The position numbers were made by a program, and so were the translations under genes. Below the pieces are notes generated by a model that was given only the letters and a program-made list of their open reading frames with translations, made no database searches and was not told where the DNA came from. Shown here piece after piece: positions 50,970 through 61,000 of a DNA stretch of 64,000 bases (its first letter is position 1; every line of letters starts with the position of its first letter). The stretch lies in the IMG/VR virus record IMGVR_UViG_3300025011_000016, one strand, 5' to 3'. The DNA comes from a virus (lineage: Duplodnaviria > Caudoviricetes).

Positions 50970-52163
50970 ATGACAAATTTTCCTAAAACTAATAATGTTG
51001 TTGTTAAGCATAATACAGGAGTTAAAACTCTTAATGCCATTAATAATATGAGTATTGGTGCGGCATGTAAAGAAGCTTATATGAAGAGAGTGCTAGTTGA
51101 ACACTATGAAGACATAGATGCAAGTGCTATTCAATCTGAGAAAGAATATGAAAATAGACAGGCTGGGGGAAATATCGCCAGTCGACAAATACTAGAATCC
51201 CAATTATTCTATAAGAGTAATGATATTTACAGAAGTGGCAAAGAGATTTTATTCAAAGAAATTGTATTTGAACTGTTTAGAAAATCCTTGAATCTTGATG
51301 AAGAGTTCGTTCTTGAACATCTTGAGAATTTAAAACAAGTTTCAGATTCTTATATCGATAAGAATGGTGGTTTTAAACTTCTTGAAACTGCCAGTATGGA
51401 GAGTAAATTCCCATTATTGAAAAATATACAGTCTCTATGCGAAAGTGTTGCCAAGGAAGTTAGTAAGAAGAAGATGAAATTGGCACCACAAGTTAGCACA
51501 GCAAATCAATTAACATTTGAACTTAGTGAAGATGAGAAGAATGAATTTGATTATGAGAAAGATAAACTTGGTATGGATGAGTTGGCAGGTCTAGTCAAAC
51601 AAAAAGTACTAACTGTTATTCAAGATGAAAAAAGTCGGCAGAGTAAAGAAGATGATCTCATTACAGATATTGAAAATCAATTGAGGGATGATGATACTGT
51701 AACTGATCCTACATCTGCCCAAGAAGCATTTTCTAAAATTAGGATTAAACAAAATCCCGTTGAAGAGGTTACATTGTTTAGTGCTTTAATGCACCACTCT
51801 TATAAAGAGTTGTTAGAGAATACCGCCACTCAAGATTCTGATACCAATAATGCAGATGATAGGGAAGATAGAAATTATAAGGTTAATGTTGATGTGGATG
51901 ATATTAATGGTAGTAGTGACCTTGATCATTTAGATCATCAAAATAGACATTCTAATGAGTATGATTTATCTGGTGAGATCGGTGAATATCAACCTGATAA
52001 AAATACTTCATTCATCGACAGGGATGAATTTGAGATCGATATGGATATGGTCCTTGCTGAGGCATTAACTAAGTATACACTAATTGAATTATGTCATACC
52101 TTACAACTTGAAAAATACGATGCCAAATCTGTTAAAAAACTTTCTCAGAAATTACTACAATAA
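50970..52163 (+). CDS. Putative virion/head protein
   Basis: Late motif at 50923; acidic, with several xxE sites. Confidence 0.55.
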   Translation: MTNFPKTNNVVVKHNTGVKTLNAINNMSIGAACKEAYMKRVLVEHYEDIDASAIQSEKEYENRQAGGNIASRQILESQLFYKSNDIYRSGKEILFKEIVFELFRKSLNLDEEFVLEHLENLKQVSDSYIDKNGGFKLLETASMESKFPLLKNIQSLCESVAKEVSKKKMKLAPQVSTANQLTFELSEDEKNEFDYEKDKLGMDELAGLVKQKVLTVIQDEKSRQSKEDDLITDIENQLRDDDTVTDPTSAQEAFSKIRIKQNPVEEVTLFSALMHHSYKELLENTATQDSDTNNADDREDRNYKVNVDVDDINGSSDLDHLDHQNRHSNEYDLSGEIGEYQPDKNTSFIDRDEFEIDMDMVLAEALTKYTLIELCHTLQLEKYDAKSVKKLSQKLLQ

Positions 52164-52206
52164 AAAAACGTATAATATGGAGGTAGCTTTTAAAGCTACC
52201 TCCATA

Positions 52207-52530
52207 TTATACGTTTCGTTTAGGTCTTATGGTAAGTTCTCCATTACCAGATAATATTTTAAAAATAAAGTTAATATCAATAGTGGGTGGTATTAAATTC
52301 TTTAATAATTGTGTAATTTTATTTCTAATCTCAGTAATATCTTTTTTACGATCTATCTTGATAATCATCTCTTCAGAAGTAAAACTAAAGTTATATTCAC
52401 CAGTTATCTGACTTCCCAACCTAATTAAAATTGAAGTCGCATTAATTTTATTCTTCTTAATTTTTTTCAATTGATCATAGATATAATTATTGACCAATCT
52501 ATTCTCAACTATTTCTGCAATTTCCGACAT
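52207..52530 (-). CDS. Hypothetical protein
   Basis: AGAGGTG RBS, 107 aa. Confidence 0.55.
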   Translation of the reverse strand: MSEIAEIVENRLVNNYIYDQLKKIKKNKINATSILIRLGSQITGEYNFSFTSEEMIIKIDRKKDITEIRNKITQLLKNLIPPTIDINFIFKILSGNGELTIRPKRNV

Positions 52531-52599
52531 AGTGGAACACCTCTATTCTTTTATATAATTAATATATTGTATATAGGTAAATATAAAATAACTATTTTA

Positions 52600-53256
52600 T
52601 TATATAATAGAATCCCTTTCTATTATGTTATCAATACCCTCATTATATACTTTCCACGATTCAACTTTCTTCTTATTGAACTTGCAATCATACTTGTCCA
52701 TATATTCAATATGAATTTCTATTCGTGGTTTAAATGAATAAAATTTTCTTACCCTTCCATCTATTATGAGACAATCTTCAATCAATAAATGTTTCTGAAT
52801 CATATCTGAATAAGTCTTACCGGCGTTATCCCAGTCGGGTCTTGGGAGAGCGCATAATGTTTTTAGTTCAGCTAATATCTTTTCAACCTTAGACATATTA
52901 TCGGGCATTTTCATATACAGGTCACAATAAAATTTACATGGTGTGGTTATTAAATGATGTAAGTCCTTTGAACTATCCATAAAATCCTTAAATATATCAT
53001 TATAATTCTTGGCATCCTTCACATAAAAAACCCTTCTTCTACCTATTCTTGGGCGAGCCGTTGCCTGTGGAAAGAAGTAGAAAACAAAGTCTAATGATTC
53101 CCATTTTACTCTTTTTAATTTCATTAAAGCTTTTTTAAGATTGTCGATGTCTTTAGTCGATGGCTTTAATAAATTTAATATATATTTGAATCGTTCTGAA
53201 AAATCATTTGGTATGTGATCATATTTTTCTTGATATTCTTTAATCCTTCTCTTCAT
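52600..53256 (-). CDS. rusA: RusA-like Holliday junction resolvase
   Basis: ATARPR; RPDWDNAGK..SD; IEDCLIIDG..RKFYS.KPRIEI. Confidence 0.75.
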   Translation of the reverse strand: MKRRIKEYQEKYDHIPNDFSERFKYILNLLKPSTKDIDNLKKALMKLKRVKWESLDFVFYFFPQATARPRIGRRRVFYVKDAKNYNDIFKDFMDSSKDLHHLITTPCKFYCDLYMKMPDNMSKVEKILAELKTLCALPRPDWDNAGKTYSDMIQKHLLIEDCLIIDGRVRKFYSFKPRIEIHIEYMDKYDCKFNKKKVESWKVYNEGIDNIIERDSII

Positions 53257-53265
53257 ATTACACCT

Positions 53266-54993
53266 CTATATTCTAAATAACGGTTCAATTTTATTCCGAA
53301 TATTTTGTACAAATTCTTTATATATATTACCAGGTAGATCAATAGTTGAACCAAAGAATACTGAAAACATAGTTTCTAATCTGACCATAAAATTAGGTTT
53401 GGTTATGTCGATACCACATGATACTGCTAAGAATTCTATCAATCCCTGATTCTGAAAGAATAATTCTGGTTTACTAGTAGAGCTAATCATCAAATTACTA
53501 TACAAGTCCTTTATACCTATTTGAACTTTCATTTCAGTTGGTAAACCATCTACTGTCCAAGATTCACCATTACCACCTTTATCAATACTTATAGAATCTA
53601 TTATTCCCAATTCGCAGGAAAACCATCCTTTGGCAAATGCTTTTACTAAGAATGGTGCGGAATAACTATTTGCCCCAGTTTGTCTCGGCATAGCTAATCC
53701 TAATATATGCATTAATGGAACTAATATATTTAGATAAATACTTTCTTTATCACCATATGGAGATACTAAATTCATACTCACACTATATGATTTATTATAT
53801 GCGGAATCGCCCCATAATTCAGGGAATAGTATATTAGATCCAGTTAAAACTTTATCTGACATACCAAGTAATCTAGACCAGAATCCATCTCCTGAACTAT
53901 TAACCATTTTTTGAGATATTTCTTCTAAATTATTAGCGAATGATTGTTTAGCAACATCAATATTTTTAAGATTGGCTGTATTAGTTAAGAAAGATAATTC
54001 TTTAATTATTCCCTCAGTACTATCAAACATTCCTTCCATTTTTGATTGATGTGTATTATTATTTGATGATTCCGAGAATGATGTACTGGGTTCTACATAA
54101 AATTGCACGTATTTATATCTACCGAACATGAGATCATATATGTCAGTTTCAACTGTAGATACATCAAATAGTGATTTCTTCGGAGTATCTTTAGGCACAT
54201 AATCGCTTTTATACTTGTAATCACTCCAGTCGTAGTATTTATATGGTGCTCCATCACCAGGACCTTTTAAATCTCCAATCTGTAGATATAATGCACAAAC
54301 CCTACACATGAGATTGACATATTTCATGTATTCTGCGTAATCTGTCAGAAAATCAAAATATCTTATTTCTGATGTATTCCCAATTATCTTTAGTAATGAA
54401 TCTTGTGCTTCAGGTTCATCCGTAGTTTTACCTGTAAAAAAGGATGTTATTGCTGAACGGTCATCAGCAGATACATCTGGTAGATAATTAGGACGACCTG
54501 GAACAAAATATATTATAGGGGATTCAGCCACTATGTTCTCAAGATATTTTCGCCCTAGATCTAAAGAATCGTTTATTCTGAAATCAGTTTCTTTTGTAAA
54601 TTGAAATGGGCATCCGAATAGTCTGGTTGAAGCGTCGATCTTAACTTCATACTTTTTTGTTGCTGCATATAACATCTCTATTATTTTAGCATCAAGTCCT
54701 GGGCTAGTTCCAGTCGCTGGAGGTGTATCAGTTGAACCTGTAGATGGTGGTGATGTTGTGGGTGAAGTTAATGGTGGTACATCTGTACCAGGAACTTTTG
54801 TTGCATATGTTCCACATATCCACCCCCTACCATCTGTTAAACCATACCAAACAACTCCACCGACAATAACTAATTTATCAACGTTTACAACAGTTCCTTT
54901 TGGTATTGAACCACTGATTGGATAGTTAGTTCCAGCACCTTCTCTGAAATTTAAATCTGAAGAATTCGTTGTTATAGTTACATCATATGACAT
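53266..54993 (-). CDS. SH3b-tagged tail/baseplate hub protein
   Basis: LNFREGAGTNY SH3b, Pro/Thr linker; directly downstream of the TMP. Confidence 0.65.
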   Translation of the reverse strand: MSYDVTITTNSSDLNFREGAGTNYPISGSIPKGTVVNVDKLVIVGGVVWYGLTDGRGWICGTYATKVPGTDVPPLTSPTTSPPSTGSTDTPPATGTSPGLDAKIIEMLYAATKKYEVKIDASTRLFGCPFQFTKETDFRINDSLDLGRKYLENIVAESPIIYFVPGRPNYLPDVSADDRSAITSFFTGKTTDEPEAQDSLLKIIGNTSEIRYFDFLTDYAEYMKYVNLMCRVCALYLQIGDLKGPGDGAPYKYYDWSDYKYKSDYVPKDTPKKSLFDVSTVETDIYDLMFGRYKYVQFYVEPSTSFSESSNNNTHQSKMEGMFDSTEGIIKELSFLTNTANLKNIDVAKQSFANNLEEISQKMVNSSGDGFWSRLLGMSDKVLTGSNILFPELWGDSAYNKSYSVSMNLVSPYGDKESIYLNILVPLMHILGLAMPRQTGANSYSAPFLVKAFAKGWFSCELGIIDSISIDKGGNGESWTVDGLPTEMKVQIGIKDLYSNLMISSTSKPELFFQNQGLIEFLAVSCGIDITKPNFMVRLETMFSVFFGSTIDLPGNIYKEFVQNIRNKIEPLFRI

Positions 54994-55067
54994 AATGAAA
55001 ACCTCCTTTAAATATAAAAACCATAGAGATAAGATATTAATCTTATCTCTATGTTTTATATTAATTA

Positions 55068-58000
55068 TTAAGTTATTCTACCTCTAGCAATAGTTTTGGC
55101 CACTTCATAGTTTCTAGATTCTTTATCCTCTTTCTTAGTCCCCATTCCCATAAAAGGATTTATACTAGTACTAGTTTGTCCTGGAGCAATAATAATATTA
55201 TTTTGTGAAGTATTTCCAGATGTTGGAGGTTGATTATTTGATACATCAACTTGAATTTTCATATTTGAAAGACTACGTATACCATCAGTTGTATTACCAG
55301 TATTCGATGCTATTGATTGTAAGACATGTATAGCTTCAGATAATAACTCATCACTAAAGCTACCTGTATTTGATGCTTGTTGATTATTACTCATATATGA
55401 TCTTACTGCAGGAGAACTTCCTGATGAGAAACTTGGGAATGACAAATTATTCATAACTGTGCCGTTATCTGGATTAGATGTGAGTTTGCTTGTTATAGAG
55501 TCAGTTAATTCTCCGAAACCACCAGGTACATGTTGTGCCCCATATCCACCTTGTTCTGGGTCCCAATCAGATAAGTCTGAGTATAATCCAGACATCCTGC
55601 CTGAATATATGCCAGAATGTTTACCCCAATAACTCTTTGCTTTAAATTCATTATATAAATGATCAAATTCAGATTTACCAGTTTGAGATGTTTTTGAATA
55701 TGCTGACATAAATGGACTTATATTAGCAGGTCCAGTATTTGCAAAATCTCCTAAGAATACTATTGATCTAGGATCTGCTATTTTCTTAGGAACTACTCCA
55801 TATTTATATACTTGAGATAAATTTGTATCTCTAACATGATTCATAATCATGTCGTCTTCAACTTGTTTAGTAATACCATAATTGCTAGTTAAGAAATTTT
55901 GCAATCTAGTTTGTTCCGAATTAGACCAAGGAGAATTACTATTCCAATTAACTTTATTAGCAAAATAATTAGCTTCACTGTTACCAGGTAATTTTGCCGC
56001 CATATTTTGCATAAGTTGTTTAGCGTATCCACCTCTCCATTGTAAAGCTCCAATGGATGGTGATATAGATTGTCCTGTACTTCCATTTATGTCATTCTTA
56101 GCAAAAGTATAGTTTCCATTAGATTCATGCTTAATAGTTTCTTCAGCAGTTTTCTTCAATATAGCATCTTGTAAATTCTTTGGTATAAAATCAATACCTG
56201 CTGTACTAGATGGTGCTTGTATAGGTGAACCCGTATCATCAGTTCCCCAAGATAATTGATCATTTCTTCCAAAGAAGGCATTCTCAGTATATATACCCAT
56301 TAACTCACTCAATTTACTAAATAAATCTTCACCTGAAAATGGTCCTTCTTTTTTTGCAACAGATGGGCTAGAACTCGGTGTATCTGTACTTGGTGTAGGG
56401 ATAGGTCCACCACCATATTTAAAGCCCCATGCTTGTTTAGCCTCATTCATTACAGTGTTCATATTATATGAATGTGAATATTTTTCTCCTCTTGGGTCGT
56501 TAATCATAACCTTATTAGGACCATCATTACCAACAGCTACTACAAAATGTCCGGCTGAAGTAAATGGTGAATTTTCTGAAGCTGACGATCCGGGTCGAAT
56601 TCCAGATAATACTATAGGCACACCATTATCTAACCAATTTCTAACAGTTCCTTTATTTGAAGATGGATCGATCTGTGTTGTTTGCATACTAAACTTCTTT
56701 GCTATATCATTAAAATATCCCCAACTAGTTCCTTGATTCGTACTATACCCATCTTCTTGTGCGATCTTAGCCATTTGAACTGGAGTATATTGCTTACCAG
56801 TTAATTGAGATACAACCATCGCGGCTGATGTTGGCCCACAACCACGTTTTTCCATTGCTGGATTAGGTGAGTGTCCTTTTCCTGGACTATAATCATAAGG
56901 AACATTAGCCCAACGATCATCGGCTTGGGAATAATATGAGAAGTTATTAACAGTCGATGGGGCTTCTCCAAAACCACCATTAAATCCACCCATACCACCT
57001 CGACGAACATTAGATGTAGTATTGGTACTGAAGTTCGCATCTTTAAGCTCAAGATCGGCATTTCCATTGAAGAGGTTTACAACCGAATTCCAACCATTCT
57101 TTACTTTATCTCCAATTTTACCAAAAGTATTTTTCATACCATCAGCAATATTTTTAAAGAATGATTTTATTGGTGTAATAGCATCATCCACATATCCTGA
57201 GATAACAACCCAAGTATCTCTAAAAGCCTTAACTATAGGTTCTGTTTTCTCATTAATATCCTTTTTAATTCCGGCCACTTTTTCATCAACAATTGACGTC
57301 ATAACGGACCAAGTATCTCTAAATGACCCTGAAATCAAATCGACTTTTTCACCAACATCTTTTTTAATCTCAGCCACTTTTTCATCAACAATTGACGTCA
57401 TAACAGCCCAAGTATCTCTAAATGATCCAGTTATCGAATCTAGTTTTGTGCTCGTTTCAGTACTAATCTTTTCACTGGTCTTACCTAAATTAATACCTAA
57501 TGTATCTATAAAGTTATTTGCCGTAACTCCAATCCCATATATAGTTTTTGCAGTCTTTTCAGAATCTAGTATACCCAATGATGCACTTTCCAGCCCACCC
57601 GATATTCCTGAGGCTATTCTCATTCCAGTAGATATAGTTCCATTACCCGTAACATTGAGATTCTTTTTAACGGTATCGTTATTTATAAAATCACCAACTA
57701 TTGGCATATTATTGGCGACCCATTTAGTATTGTTAACAATACCATTGCCTACATAACTAGCTCCCTGAGAAATCTTCCCACCAACGTAACTAGCTCCATT
57801 TTTAATTCCACCGACAACTTTATCGGCAATAGTTGGATTTGTTAAGGCATTATATTCATCTGGAGTTAAATTTTTATTATTTTCGATATTATATTCTTCC
57901 AATTCCTTTTTAAAGGCACCTTGATTATTTTCTAATTTAATTCCTTTATCGTCACCAGCCCATGCTGCATATAAATAATTAGCAATCATTTCCAGAAAGC

Positions 58001-61000
58001 CTGTTCCTCCAGTTATTGATGAGGCTATCGTATTTCCTTGGGTAGCACTGACAAATACATCGTTTGCTATATTGATCAAGAAGAACCAACTAAAATTTAA
58101 CATCCCCTTCATAGCAGATGAAATACTCTTCATCATATAATCAGTCTGCTCTGGGTGTACTCTGAACAAATGAGACGCCTCAAACCACCCAGTTACAAGA
58201 CCATATGTTACCCAAGTAGCATCAAGTAAGCCTAATGTTGCTGCAGATCCTGCTAAACGAGCAGTACCAGCTAACCATTTAGGAAGTGTCTTTCCAAGAA
58301 CCTCTTTCGTGAATACCTTAGTTACAGTTGCGCTTATTGCCCCAAAACCTTTTTTAGCTTGTGGGCATTTCTCCCCAAGATATGCAAATAATTTTGACAT
58401 CATTTCTTGAATAGTTTTTTGAATTTTAGCTATCTGTGACCCTTTAACATCATTGGCCATTTTAGTCGAATCCTCTATAACAGCTAGACCGGATTCTTTT
58501 ACAACAGAAGAGGGTTTCCCTAATATTTTAGTCAATACTTTTTTACCTGTATTAACTATTGGATTTACTACTTTGGTGCCAGTTTTAATCATTTTACGCC
58601 CACCAGCTACCATAGGTTCCACAAGTTTCTTATTTAAAAGTCTGGTGCCATATACGAGTCCTTTACCAACATGCTCGGCAGTATCCATATCTGTTATCGG
58701 ATTACCATAGGTATCACTGTGATCACCATCGGTTGGGGAATCAGTTTTACCTATAAACCAATTAAATAACTTCTTTAAATATGGTAATGCCATTAATGCG
58801 GCTGTTGTGATTAAACCAGCCTTACCAAATATTCCTAACCAATCTGCTCGTTGGCCTTTAATAAGGCCAGCAATATTGCTTAATAAAGATACCTCTTGAA
58901 TCTGACTATTCTGAGTAAATTCTCTATCCTCTCTGGCTTGATTTTGAGCTATAGTAAAAGAAGCGGTTCTTCTGGATACTTGTTTCTGGTCAGCATTCAA
59001 CTCAGCTTCTTGTGCAGCTTCTTCAGCTCTGGCAGCATCCTCTTTATCTTCTTTAGTATCAAAAATATTCATTGCACCGAGCATTGAGTTTGTAATTTGA
59101 TCCATCCCATTAGATATAGAACGGAAGGGAAGTACTTTTCCTCTTGTTGATGAACCTGAGTTTGGAGATGGAGTGGTTGATACTAATCTAACTGGTAATG
59201 TATCCGATGAAACTATTCGTACTGGCATTGGAGTTAAATTCCCTGAATGGGTTACTCCATCAGTTCCTGTAGGAGCTAAAGTTCTTGCACTTCCATTAAT
59301 CTGCATTACCCTAACTTCTTTAACTAAATCTAAAGAACCCCCGGCTATAATAACCTCACTTTTCCACCCAGCCATTTTACCAATAGAACCAGCTAAGAAC
59401 TTAATAGGTGATGTTACAATTTCAAATAAACTATCACCAATAGAAAGTAATTTCTGACCTACTGATGTGACTACATTAAATGTGAAATCTGTTATAGCAC
59501 TTGCCGATTTAAACATAAAGTCAGTTACCATAGGAACCATTTTGAATAGTGCACCTACAGTACCAGATATAGCTTTACCAACAGCTTCACCAATACCTTT
59601 TGTTATCATACCTAAACCTTGTCCAACACCGAGAAGTATTTCTCCAAGGCCTTTACCGAAACCGATTAGTGAATGTGATACTAAACCTAATGTACCACTG
59701 AATAATTTAGCGACACCTTTTAATGATTCACCAATGGCAGGTCCCACAATCTTTAATGATTCAGCGACCGTTTGTAATGCAAATCCAACAGTTTTTACTA
59801 TAGCTAATGGTAATTTAACTAAAGCCAATAATGTTTCTTTACCAATATTTAATACTTCTTTACTAAAATTCCACATCCCCTTAGCTATATCGACAGGAAT
59901 TTTTACAATTGCTTTACCTACACTTACAATTGTAGTACCAAGAGTTGATAATTTATCTCCAACATATCTAATTGGTTTCATCAATAATTCTTTAGCTGTG
60001 TCAAAAGGTTTATATAAAGCTCTTTTTATTTTACCTAAGAAACCAATTCTATCCCTATTAGAACTACCGGATAGATCTTCATCTCCTATACCACTTTGTT
60101 GTTGTAATAATTTTCTTATTTTAAATACATTACTACCAACACCATCTAATTGACCTTTTACTTCTTGAGCAATAATCTTAATATCGCTGGCCATATCATT
60201 CATAATTTGAGGTTTAAATTCTAATGTAGACGTCTTACCAGATTTACTAACTTGAGGTGCTAAAGTAGTTGTATTTGTTTTATTTGAAGAATTATCCATT
60301 ATAGGAGTTGGTCCATTATCCTGTTGAGAGTTATTAATTGGTGGAACTAATTGAAGAGTGGGTCTTGATTGAGTTGGTCCACTTTGAGTTGTTGGTATAT
60401 TAGAACTTTTCGATTGCCTATAATCATCTAAACTAACAACGGGAAATGTAGACTTATTTGATTGATTTGGATTTGACATATTGTTAGCTTCAGCTATTCT
60501 AGTATTAGCCGATTCAATAGGATTTCCTTCACTACCATGAGTTCTATATACATCAACTATTACGTTACCATTTCTATCAAAATTATCATAATCGTTATCA
60601 GAACCAACACCACGTCTTCTATTAAGTTTATCCCACTTAGCATCCAATATAGCTTTCTTCTCATTATATTTAGCTGCAGTATCGGATGCTCGTTTAGCTT
60701 TAGCAATCTCTAATTCCTTAGCATAAGGTGCTCCTTCAGAACTATTCCTAGCATCTTCAATAGCTTGTCTATTGAATATACTGTCTTTAACTGAACCCCA
60801 GAAACCTCTTTTCTTACGATAAGCCGCAACACCTTGCTCTTTATGTCGAGCCATTAATCCTTCAGATAAACCTTCCATAGCTCTAAGTGGTGCTGACAAT
60901 AATGGCCCAAATATTCTACCAATACCATTAAGAAGTGTTGATAAGAAACTTTTCAAAGGTTTCATAACATTATCATTCATAAATTGTCCAAAAGGTTTAC

